DNA of 64,000 bases, taken from an uncultured bacterium (GTDB taxonomy: Bacteria; Cyanobacteriota; Vampirovibrionia; Gastranaerophilales; Gastranaerophilaceae). Position numbers and translations under genes: made by a program. This document shows, piece by piece, positions 9,567 through 18,466 of this stretch; the stretch's first letter is position 1; every line of letters begins with the position of its first letter. The stretch covers positions 10,924 through 74,923 of the forward strand of contig CADBOZ010000122.1 in assembly GCA_902796515.1 (NCBI GenBank). The letters are read 5' to 3'. The notes below the pieces were generated by a model. It had not been told where the DNA came from and made no database searches. It saw only the letters and a program-made list of their open reading frames with translations.

Positions 9567-10481
9567 ATGAGAGTTTCAACCGAAACAATAAACAATATGT
9601 CGCTTAATTCAATGCAAAATTCTTACGGAGATTATGCAAACATAATAAGTAAAATTGCATCAAGAAAGAATTTTACAAAATTATCCGAAAACGTTGCGGA
9701 TGGCGTCAATGTTGTAAAATTAAAGAAAAATATTGCAGACCTTGAAAAGTATCAAGGAAATATTCAACATGCGATAAATGAAATGAACCTTGCATATGAA
9801 CAGCTCGGAAGTGTTTCGGATGAATTATCCTCAATAAACGGTCTTGTTATAAGTGCTGCGGACGGTTCAACAACTCCTGACTCGGCTAAGGCCATTGCTG
9901 CGGAAATCAAACAAAGAGTTACCGTAATTAAAGACCTTATGAATACGAAGTATATGGATACATATATTTTTGCCGGTTCTTATGTTCAGGAAATGCCTTA
10001 TCAAACCGATAAAGAAACCGGAGATATTATATACAAAGGCTCAAGCGAGGAAGCAGGGGACAGAAATATTACAATTTCCGAAAACACCCCGTTCCGTTAT
10101 AACTTTTCGGGTGAAGAAATATTCGGAAAGCAAGACGGTGTCAATGATTTCTTTTCACAGATGAAAGATTTGGATAATCTTTTAAACGCGGATGAGCTTG
10201 ACAGCGACAGCATTAGAGCAAAGCTGGATACACTCGGCTCGGCGATTAAAAAAATATCGCTGAAAAACGGTACCGTATCGGCACATGTTACAAAATTAAC
10301 CGCAACTCAGGAAATTAACGAGGATACTATTCTTAACCTCACGGAAAAAAGGTCAAATCTTGAAGATTTGGATATCTTAAAAGCCTCAAGTGACCTTGCA
10401 AATGCCAATACAGCAATGCAAGCAAGCTATATTCTCGGCGGAAGAGTCTTATCAAGTGTTTCTTTGCTTGATTATATTTAA
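9567..10481 (+). CDS. flgL: flagellar hook-associated protein 3, FlgL
   Basis: 304 aa. Flagellin-like N-terminus MRVSTETINNMSLNSMQNS and C-terminus DLANANTAMQASYILGGRVLSSVSLLDYI. Follows flgK. Confidence 0.8.
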   Translation: MRVSTETINNMSLNSMQNSYGDYANIISKIASRKNFTKLSENVADGVNVVKLKKNIADLEKYQGNIQHAINEMNLAYEQLGSVSDELSSINGLVISAADGSTTPDSAKAIAAEIKQRVTVIKDLMNTKYMDTYIFAGSYVQEMPYQTDKETGDIIYKGSSEEAGDRNITISENTPFRYNFSGEEIFGKQDGVNDFFSQMKDLDNLLNADELDSDSIRAKLDTLGSAIKKISLKNGTVSAHVTKLTATQEINEDTILNLTEKRSNLEDLDILKASSDLANANTAMQASYILGGRVLSSVSLLDYI

Positions 10482-10523
10482 ACCAAGCAAAGAAAAACAA
10501 AATATAAATAAACTTACCATTAT

Positions 10524-10550
10524 CCCTTATCCTAATAAGGGCTTTTTTTA
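10524..10550 (+). terminator. rho-independent terminator after flgL
   Basis: cccttat-ccta-ataaggg hairpin followed by a T run (cttttttta). Coordinates hand counted. Confidence 0.6.
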
Positions 10551-10584
10551 TATTATAACCTGTTTTTTATTTTAGACAAGTTTA

Positions 10585-12771
10585 TTAATACATTTCACCC
10601 ATGCCGAATGTAAAGAATCCGTGTTTTCTGTGAACTCCTGCCGTGTTTGTAAGAGGAAGACCGTAATCAAGATTGATAGGCCCTAATCCCGGTATAAATA
10701 CTCTTAAGCCCACACCTGCCGTGATTGCATATCCCGGTTTATCGTATACTTTTGAACCTATGGAGTCATTGAATAACTTACCTGCATCAACAAATGCTGC
10801 AAGTCTTAAATTGTTCAGGAATGAATTAGATGTAAGCCTGTCGATAAACGGAATAGGAACTCTCATTTCGGCACTTGCCATCATATAACCGTTTCCGACA
10901 CCAACTTCCGAAATATTAAAGCCTCTGATAGTATACGGGCCGCCAAGAGAGAAGTTAGCAAATTCCGGAACTTTGCCGTGAATTTTTCCGCCTGCTTTTG
11001 CGGTTAAAACAATAGAAGATTTCTTTCCTATCGGTGAGAAGCTTCTAATCATACCGTGAAGTTTACCGAAGGTAGTTCCCGAAAGAGCAAGATTTTCTTC
11101 AAAAGTCGCCCTTGCGATAACGCCGTGACGTGCATTAATTGCGCTATCCCTTGTATCGTATACAAGACTCGGAGTTAATCTTATATAAAAGCCTCCGTCA
11201 AGTTCCTCTTTTCTTTTTGCAAAATTCATATGACGAAGTGCATATTTTTGACGAATTTTTACGCCGTCGCCTTCTTTAAGGTCAACATATTCGGCGCCAA
11301 AACCGATTGAACCCGAAAGATTTTTATAGGTGATAAATTTTCTTCCTATGTTAACTTCGCCGCCAAATCTTCTTTCTATTGCAAGGGGAACCTGATAGCT
11401 TCCGTAATATCTTGCAAAACCTCTAAGGGACAACGATTGATTTTCTCTTTTGAACATAGGTTCAAGGAAGCTGATTTCACCCTGAAAGTTAGCTTTATCA
11501 ACAACAGAGCTGTCATTCATTAAGACACCTGTTCCTGCAAGTAAGTTCAAGCTTAATTTTTGACCCAATCCTCTGAAGTTGTTTTCACTGAAACCTACGG
11601 AGCCGAAAAATCCTGATGCCGAATCAATACCAACCCCTAATGAAATTTTTCCCGTTCTTTGTTCTTCAAGTGCAATATATACATCATAAAGACCGGTTGT
11701 TTCATCCTGCTTCAGTTCCCTTTGTACGTCTTTAAATGCTTGTGTTCCCATTAATCTTAAGATATCGGAACGCATAATGTTTTCATTATATACGCTTCCG
11801 GGTTGAAGAAAAATATTTCTTTTAACAATAAAATCTTTTGTTTTATTGTTTCCGTCAACAATAATATCCCCGATTATACCTTCATCTATTTTAAAATTAA
11901 TGTATCCGTCGGGATCATCCTGTACTTTTTTGACTCTTGCGAGGATATAACCTTTTGAAGAGTATAATTCCTGAATTTCATCAATTGCCGAATTTATATT
12001 AAGTATATTTTGAGGAAGCCCTTTATAACGATTTAATATTTCCATTATATCGGATGACGGAATGCTGTTGTTTCCGACAATGCCAAATCCGGTTATGGGC
12101 GGATTTTCCTCAACAATAATTCTGAGTTTAATATTGCTGTCGTCAATTCTTATAGGAAGCGCTCTTAAATTTTGAGTAAAGAAGCCCGTATTATATAAGG
12201 CTCTTAAATCGCCTGAAACATTGGAACGAACATATCTGTTTCCTTCTTTGGAGCTTAATTGTTCTTTTATATAATTTACATCAAGAAGATTGTTTCCGAA
12301 AATTTCAATTTCTTTAATATAAACCAAATCGTCGTCATTGATGTATGTTTGGTCATCTTTTTCAATAACGGTATTTTCTTCCTGAATATTTTCTTCCTGA
12401 ATTAATTCGGGTTCCTGTACGTTTTTATTTTTCTTTTTAAATTTAAAGAACTTTCTTTCGCCCTTTTGTTTGTTATTAACTTTTTTGTCCGCAGGGTTAT
12501 TTTCGGCAGGAGCTTCTTCCCTTGTTGACATTCCGTACATGTTTATATTTTCATCCTCAAAAGTTGAAAATGCGGAGTCATCAAGCGGAACTTCTTTTAA
12601 TTCAAGACTCTTCGGATTTTTATTCTTTTTCTTGTGAAATACGTTAGTAACATTTTTAATTCTTTTAAACTCTTTAATATCCACTCCGCTTTCGGCAGCA
12701 TAAACATCCTGTCCGATTAACAGAGATAGAAACATAATTAAAGATAGTATTTTTATATAATTCTTTTTCAT
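10585..12771 (-). CDS. bamA: Omp85/BamA-family outer-membrane protein assembly factor (three POTRA domains plus a low-complexity N-terminal extension)
   Basis: 728 aa with a signal peptide. About 130 aa Lys/Glu/Asn-rich region, then three repeats of about 75 aa beginning VYIKEIEIFGNN / ITGFGIVGNN / IIGDIIVDGNN. The barrel region runs from GKISLGVGIDSASGFFG and ends ...GFFTFGMGEMY. Confidence 0.85.
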   Translation of the reverse strand: MKKNYIKILSLIMFLSLLIGQDVYAAESGVDIKEFKRIKNVTNVFHKKKNKNPKSLELKEVPLDDSAFSTFEDENINMYGMSTREEAPAENNPADKKVNNKQKGERKFFKFKKKNKNVQEPELIQEENIQEENTVIEKDDQTYINDDDLVYIKEIEIFGNNLLDVNYIKEQLSSKEGNRYVRSNVSGDLRALYNTGFFTQNLRALPIRIDDSNIKLRIIVEENPPITGFGIVGNNSIPSSDIMEILNRYKGLPQNILNINSAIDEIQELYSSKGYILARVKKVQDDPDGYINFKIDEGIIGDIIVDGNNKTKDFIVKRNIFLQPGSVYNENIMRSDILRLMGTQAFKDVQRELKQDETTGLYDVYIALEEQRTGKISLGVGIDSASGFFGSVGFSENNFRGLGQKLSLNLLAGTGVLMNDSSVVDKANFQGEISFLEPMFKRENQSLSLRGFARYYGSYQVPLAIERRFGGEVNIGRKFITYKNLSGSIGFGAEYVDLKEGDGVKIRQKYALRHMNFAKRKEELDGGFYIRLTPSLVYDTRDSAINARHGVIARATFEENLALSGTTFGKLHGMIRSFSPIGKKSSIVLTAKAGGKIHGKVPEFANFSLGGPYTIRGFNISEVGVGNGYMMASAEMRVPIPFIDRLTSNSFLNNLRLAAFVDAGKLFNDSIGSKVYDKPGYAITAGVGLRVFIPGLGPINLDYGLPLTNTAGVHRKHGFFTFGMGEMY

Positions 12772-12950
12772 TTATTCCAATTAAAAGATAACCATTTATA
12801 AAATATTATATACTAAAAAACAGAAAACAAAAATAATTAACAAAATAAATAGTATATTTGAAGTTTTATAAAATAAATGTTACAAATTTAAATAGAAGGA
12901 TGTCATAATATTGTTGTTTATACTACTATTTTATTGTCGGTAAACTAATT

Positions 12951-13616
12951 ATGAAAAAAAAGATTAAACCTGAACACAGACAACTAATTGAATCTATCAT
13001 CAGAGAAAATAAAAAATTTAAAGGTTATGAGGAACTCATTGACATATTTTTTGATGCAATCTACAAAAAATCCTATTTGTTGATTGATGCGATAAAGGAT
13101 GTTCCCCGTCTTAAACGTCATTTAAGTTTTATATGCGACAGCTGCATGGATGCCGTTATCAAGGAAAAGAAAAAATTTGACGATACAATGGTTTATAAAC
13201 AAATTGAACAAAATTCAAGACTTAAAGATGATATTGTAAGTCTAAAACAGGAAACGCCTTTTACGGATGTTGATGAAGCCTTAAGAGAATACGATACATA
13301 CGCTCATAATCCCAACATTGTAAATTTAAAGGAAGAAATTCAAAGAAGCGAAAGATATTCCGCAACGGATATGCTTATTGACCCTCTGGATTTTTGTCCG
13401 CAAAAAAGAGTTTCCGAGCATACCGTTGAAAAACTTATAAGAATAGTAAAAGACATAGATGAGCAATACCCCGGAAAAAAATACTATGAAATTTTTTCTT
13501 TAAGATATATGAAAAATCTTAATCAGACGGATATTGCAAAAGAAATGAAGATTTCTCAGGTTGAACTTTCAAAAAGATTTGTTGAGTTGATTAAATTAAC
13601 AAGAGAAAGTTTATAG
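12951..13616 (+). CDS. sigma-70-family-like protein; only region 4 (HTH) is recognisable
   Basis: 221 aa. The C-terminus YYEIFSLRYMKNLNQTDIAKEMKISQVELSKRFVELIKLTRE resembles sigma region 4.2. No clear region 2 motif. Confidence 0.4.
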   Translation: MKKKIKPEHRQLIESIIRENKKFKGYEELIDIFFDAIYKKSYLLIDAIKDVPRLKRHLSFICDSCMDAVIKEKKKFDDTMVYKQIEQNSRLKDDIVSLKQETPFTDVDEALREYDTYAHNPNIVNLKEEIQRSERYSATDMLIDPLDFCPQKRVSEHTVEKLIRIVKDIDEQYPGKKYYEIFSLRYMKNLNQTDIAKEMKISQVELSKRFVELIKLTRESL

Positions 13617-13617
13617 T

Positions 13618-14688
13618 TTAAATAGGTTTTTTTGTATCGTAATCAAAGAACATTAAATCCTTAGGATTTATTGAAAAAGCCATTGTGCTTGTTGTTTGTA
13701 TATTTGCCGGAGCTACGCAGCAGCATTCTTTATTACCTATATTAAAATATATATTTTTGTATGAACCCAAATTTTCTTCAAAAGTCACCTTTGCACTGAA
13801 TTTTATTAAATTAAACGGAAATTGCGGATTTCCGTCAGGAATTATGTTTTCCGGACGAACCCCGATAAGGACTTTATTGACATTTTTAACAAACGGCATA
13901 ACCGAATTTACGCCGACGGATATATTCCCGAAAACTATTATTTCATTTTTAACATCGGCTTCCATAATATTCATGGGGTTTGTTCCCATAAATGTTGCAA
14001 CAAATACATTGGCGGGATGATTATATATGTTGTACGGCGTGTCTGTTTGTTGGATTTCACCGTTATTTAAAACAACTATCCTGTCCCCCATGGTTAACGC
14101 TTCTGTTTGATCATGGGTTACATATATAAATGTTGTTTTAAGTTTTTGATGAAGCTTTTTTATTTCGGAGCGCATTTCGCTTCTGAGCTTTGCATCAAGG
14201 TTTGATAACGGTTCATCCATTAAAAATACCTTCGGCTCTCTGACTATTGCTCTTGCAAGAGCCACTCTTTGCCTTTGTCCTCCCGAAAGCTCTTTGGGTT
14301 TGGATTTAAGATATTCTTCAAGTTTTAATATTTCGCAAACTCTTTTTATTCTTCTTTTAATTTCGCATTTTGCAACTTTTCTTACTTTTAGACCGAGTGC
14401 AATATTTTTTTCAACCGAAAGATGAGGATAAAGCGCATAGTTTTGAAAAACCATTGCTATATCTCTGTCTTTGGGATGAACATCATTAACAAGAGTATCT
14501 TCTATGTAAATATCACCCGATGTTTGATGTTCAAGTCCCGCAACCATCCTTAAAAGTGTGGATTTACCGCATCCCGATGCTCCTACAAGAACAACAAATT
14601 CTCCGTCTTGTATTTCAAGATTTATGTTTTTTAAAATCTCTCTTTCTCCAAAAGACTTTGAAATGTCTTTTAAAGTAACTTGCGCCAT
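13618..14688 (-). CDS. ABC transporter ATP-binding protein, MalK/UgpC/MsmX-like (sugar-type), with no permease gene nearby
   Basis: 356 aa. Walker [10 protein letters not shown], signature LSGGQRQR, Walker [10 protein letters not shown], and a C-terminal TOBE-like domain. Confidence 0.9.
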   Translation of the reverse strand: MAQVTLKDISKSFGEREILKNINLEIQDGEFVVLVGASGCGKSTLLRMVAGLEHQTSGDIYIEDTLVNDVHPKDRDIAMVFQNYALYPHLSVEKNIALGLKVRKVAKCEIKRRIKRVCEILKLEEYLKSKPKELSGGQRQRVALARAIVREPKVFLMDEPLSNLDAKLRSEMRSEIKKLHQKLKTTFIYVTHDQTEALTMGDRIVVLNNGEIQQTDTPYNIYNHPANVFVATFMGTNPMNIMEADVKNEIIVFGNISVGVNSVMPFVKNVNKVLIGVRPENIIPDGNPQFPFNLIKFSAKVTFEENLGSYKNIYFNIGNKECCCVAPANIQTTSTMAFSINPKDLMFFDYDTKKPI

Positions 14689-14699
14689 ATCTTATCCTT

Positions 14700-15836
14700 T
14701 TAATCCATCTTCTTCAAAGGTAGCACAAAAGTAAACATTGTGCCAAAGTTTTGTTTTGAATACACCCATATTTCTCCGCCAAAATCCGTTATATAAATTT
14801 TAAGCAGATTTATGGTAGCTTTTAAGCCTATCGGTCGTTTGTTTTTTCCTCTGTAATACGTGTCAAAAATATGTTTGAGTTCTTCTTCGTCAAATGTTAT
14901 ATCCGAAATTTTCGCTTCAAAAAGAACATACTTATTTTCATCATAGGAGTCTTTAGCGGCAAAATCTCTGGTTTTAAGAAAATCTACCGGCGGATGTCCG
15001 ATGTTCAAAGAACATTTTCCCAGTTTTGCAAACCTTGAGAAAATATCCATAATACACCTTAAAATGTATTCAACTACTTCGCCGTCAAGATAACAATCCC
15101 TTTGAGTAAGGTTTGAATAATCAAGTGAAAAAAGAATTTTTTTATCCGTAAAATCTTTTTTATAAATTCTGTCTATTGATTTTATCAGTGCTATTAAATC
15201 AAATCCCTTATTGTCATAAACTATTTTTCTTGATTCAAGTTTAAACAATGCAAAGAGCTTTTCAAGGTCGTAATTCAAATCTTGCGAGTTGGAATTTATT
15301 AAGTTTAAATATTTTTGCTGTTTTTCGGAAAGTGCTCCTCCGATGCCGTCAAGAAGCGCTCTTGAAAAACCTATAATTGAAACAATATTTGACAGAACAC
15401 TGCCGGAGGATTCTATTAAAAATTCATTTTTCTCGTCAATTATTGTTTGCGCGGCAGCGTATTTTTGAGCAATCGAATTTTGTTCCTTTTTCTCCGTTGT
15501 AACGTTTCTGACGCATACATATACTTTGCCGGTATCGGCATTTCTGCTTGCCGTAATATCAAGAAGGGTCGTATGTATATCTTCATCTTCAAGTATGGCT
15601 TTTACCGATACGGAGGAACTATTGTTTACAATTTTATTTAAAGTCGCCGTTCCGTTTTCTACAAAATCGGAAAAATAGCGCCCTAAAATGTTAAATCTGG
15701 TGGTGTTATAAATCTCAAGAATTCTGTTATTAACATCAATAATCTTGCCGTCCTGCTCAAGTGTAAAGATACCATCGGGCAGAAGATTGAAGTTATTATC
15801 TTCTTTCTGGCTCTTAAAATATTCTAGTAGTTTCAT
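14700..15836 (-). CDS. PAS-domain histidine-kinase-like protein with degenerate H-box, N-box and G1 motifs (probable pseudokinase)
   Basis: 378 aa. PAS-like N-terminus LPDGIFTLEQDGKIIDVNNRILEIY... The DHp-like region NEFLIESSGSVLSNIVSIIGFSRAL has no His at the phospho-acceptor position. The C-terminal HATPase remnant is IFDTYYRG...GGEIWVYSKQNFGTMFTFVLP. Confidence 0.6.
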   Translation of the reverse strand: MKLLEYFKSQKEDNNFNLLPDGIFTLEQDGKIIDVNNRILEIYNTTRFNILGRYFSDFVENGTATLNKIVNNSSSVSVKAILEDEDIHTTLLDITASRNADTGKVYVCVRNVTTEKKEQNSIAQKYAAAQTIIDEKNEFLIESSGSVLSNIVSIIGFSRALLDGIGGALSEKQQKYLNLINSNSQDLNYDLEKLFALFKLESRKIVYDNKGFDLIALIKSIDRIYKKDFTDKKILFSLDYSNLTQRDCYLDGEVVEYILRCIMDIFSRFAKLGKCSLNIGHPPVDFLKTRDFAAKDSYDENKYVLFEAKISDITFDEEELKHIFDTYYRGKNKRPIGLKATINLLKIYITDFGGEIWVYSKQNFGTMFTFVLPLKKMD

Positions 15837-15982
15837 TTGATTGTCATATATTAAATATACTCTTCCCGTCTATATATTATCATGGATTTCTTTTAAACAA
15901 AAGTTATAGAAACCTTATTCTTTGTAATAGTTAACAATTGCCTAAAAACCCCTTAAACTATAAGAAAGGATGATATTCGCAG

Positions 15983-16312
15983 ATGTTTTTTTCTAAAATA
16001 ACAGGTAAAAAAGAAATTATTTTTACTATAAATTCTTCAACTGTCACAGACGATACGGTTGACAGAATTTTTGACGCCGATGCCGTTTTGAAAAAAATAG
16101 GAATAAATATGCAGCATGTTAGCTGTATTAAATCAAAAAAATTTATCAAATGCCTGATTGAAAATAAATTCAGACTTTATAATCTGCAAAACGATGTCCT
16201 TGTTTATCTTGCCATTGTGCTAAAAGACGGATTTTTAAAATCCCACATGTCATGTGAAGATTTACTGGAAAACAAACGTGAACTTGTGAAACGTCATTTT
16301 CTTGTTGCGTAA
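15983..16312 (+). CDS. hypothetical protein (about 110 aa; faintly STAS-like)
   Basis: ORF track only, with no confident motif. Divergent from the HK-like gene. Confidence 0.3.
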   Translation: MFFSKITGKKEIIFTINSSTVTDDTVDRIFDADAVLKKIGINMQHVSCIKSKKFIKCLIENKFRLYNLQNDVLVYLAIVLKDGFLKSHMSCEDLLENKRELVKRHFLVA

Positions 16313-16357
16313 TTTGAATTTTTTGCTTCAAAATATTTTATTTTGTAAAATTTAATT

Positions 16358-18436
16358 ATGTTTTTGTGCTCGGTATTATTGAATTTCATAAGCTCATTTA
16401 TGATTGCATCCTTTGGAAGAAGTTTGCTGATTATGTTTGTTGCGTATTTCGGGCTTATTATTTTAAATGTCGAAATTTTATCGCTATTCGGAGCAATAAC
16501 AAAAAATAATATTTTTATATTTTCGATTTTGAATTTTATTTTAACTTTTGCTTTTTGGAGATATAAAAAATTTCCTCTTTTAAAAATAAATGTCGAATTT
16601 AAGAAAATTAAAAACGCAATGCTGCTTGATAAATCCTTGATTGTTCTCGGTTTCGGATTTTTGTTTATGATGCTTATGACACTGCTTTTTGCTTTTGTTA
16701 TGCCCCCTCTTGAACCGGACAGTCAAACGTACCACTTTATAAGAGCTGTTGAGTTTTTTGAATACGGTAAACTGACTCATTTTGAAACAGGTGATATAAG
16801 AGCGCTGGTTATGCCGATAAATTCGGAAATTGTTTATACGTGGATGTATGCGCTTAAAAATAACTTTCACGGGTACGGACTGGTTTCATATGCTGCGTTT
16901 GTCGGCGGGATGTTTGCTGTTTTTGATATATTCCTGAAGTTTAAAGTTCCGTACAGAAAAATTTTATGGACGGTCTTTATTTTTTCTTCATTTCCTGCGG
17001 TTATTGTTCAGGTATGCACCCAGCAAACGGATATTATTGTCGGAAGTCTGTTTGTTGTTTCGGCAGCCCTGTTTTTAAAAAGAGATAAATTTTCTATATA
17101 TTTTTCATCACTGGCATTTAGTATTGCACTAGGTGTAAAAAGCACGGCCGTAATGGCAACAACAGCATTTTTTATACTTCTTGCGTTTTTTGAATATTTT
17201 CTTTTTAAAGATAAAAAATTTAAAAACCTCGGATATTTTATACTGTTTTCATTTTTCAATTTTATAATTTTTTCAAGCTATAATTATGTTTTAAATTTTA
17301 TTCATTTCCATAACCCCGTATCTAATTATCTTGGCTATATCTCGCATAAATTCTGGGGAGGATATAAAGGTTTTATTGCTAATTTAATACATTATTTCTT
17401 TCAAGCCTTTGATTTTACGGGATTTAAGTGGGGTTTTTATCTGAATGATAAGATAATGAATGCCAAAAACATTATATTTGAAATGTTAAATATTCCGCCG
17501 TCGCTCGGATGCAATATTGCCATGCAAAAAGTAAATATACTTGCGGATGAACAACTTGTAGGTTTTGGAATACTCGGATTTATATTGTATTTGCCGGCTG
17601 TTATTTATTCCGTAATACGGGGATTTTTTACAAAAAATAAAAAAAGACTTCTATATCTTGTTTTTGGGCTAATGTTCTTTATTAATATAATATTTTTATC
17701 CCTCAGCGTGGGATATATGGTCTATTCAATAAGATTTATACTGACTTTTGTATTTATAAGTTTGTTTTGTATTGCTTCTTTGTATCCGAAAAAATCCTTA
17801 TTTAAGCCGGTTATAATATTTTTTGCAATATTTTATATGCTGTTTCTTTCGACAAATATTGCAAGAATGCCGGCAAAATACGTATTAAGAGGATTAAAAA
17901 GAGCAAACTATAATATTGAAAAATTTGAAGACGATTGTTTCAGAGGAAAGATTACAAATACTCTCCAGCTTGCGGTTGAAATTTATGATGATATTTTGAA
18001 AAATTTTAGTGATAAAAAAAGAATAGCGGTTTTTAAAACCACAAGCTCTTCTCTTTTGTATTTAAAAAGTCTTTCAAGAAAAGGATATAAGGTGGATTTT
18101 CTTGTTGCGGCAAATCTTGATAAATATGATTTAAGCAAATACGACTTAATAGTATTTGAAAATGAAATTCAGGATGATAATATATTTAATCCCGAAGATG
18201 TTGAAATAAATTATGACATAAAAGATACCATAGTTAAATTTCATTCAACCGACAAAGTGCAATGTACTTATCAGGCAAAAGAAAATAATGCCGACTTGTC
18301 GCTTACAAGGTCTTGCCTCGGGTATGATTATGTAAAAAGAAGTAAAATCTTTAAAGAAGCCCTAACGACGGAATTTGTTCCCGATGAAAAAAGTGCTATG
18401 GCAACAATTAACTTGCATTATTTTGTAAAAATCTGA
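16358..18436 (+). CDS. large polytopic membrane protein, GT-C-fold-like (putative glycosyltransferase); paralog of 55680..57605
   Basis: 692 aa. At least 12 hydrophobic segments followed by a soluble C-terminal domain of about 170 aa. The first-loop acidic motif PPLEPDSQTYHF is conserved in the paralog (LPLEPDSRFYYF). Confidence 0.5.
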   Translation: MFLCSVLLNFISSFMIASFGRSLLIMFVAYFGLIILNVEILSLFGAITKNNIFIFSILNFILTFAFWRYKKFPLLKINVEFKKIKNAMLLDKSLIVLGFGFLFMMLMTLLFAFVMPPLEPDSQTYHFIRAVEFFEYGKLTHFETGDIRALVMPINSEIVYTWMYALKNNFHGYGLVSYAAFVGGMFAVFDIFLKFKVPYRKILWTVFIFSSFPAVIVQVCTQQTDIIVGSLFVVSAALFLKRDKFSIYFSSLAFSIALGVKSTAVMATTAFFILLAFFEYFLFKDKKFKNLGYFILFSFFNFIIFSSYNYVLNFIHFHNPVSNYLGYISHKFWGGYKGFIANLIHYFFQAFDFTGFKWGFYLNDKIMNAKNIIFEMLNIPPSLGCNIAMQKVNILADEQLVGFGILGFILYLPAVIYSVIRGFFTKNKKRLLYLVFGLMFFINIIFLSLSVGYMVYSIRFILTFVFISLFCIASLYPKKSLFKPVIIFFAIFYMLFLSTNIARMPAKYVLRGLKRANYNIEKFEDDCFRGKITNTLQLAVEIYDDILKNFSDKKRIAVFKTTSSSLLYLKSLSRKGYKVDFLVAANLDKYDLSKYDLIVFENEIQDDNIFNPEDVEINYDIKDTIVKFHSTDKVQCTYQAKENNADLSLTRSCLGYDYVKRSKIFKEALTTEFVPDEKSAMATINLHYFVKI

Positions 18437-18466
18437 TAGTATAATAACAGTTAAGCGAGGTTATTT

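Noticed and set aside
13685-14070. Plus-strand ORFs (111 and 82 aa) antisense to the ABC ATPase
   Set aside because: They lie inside a canonical ABC ATPase gene with no supporting features.
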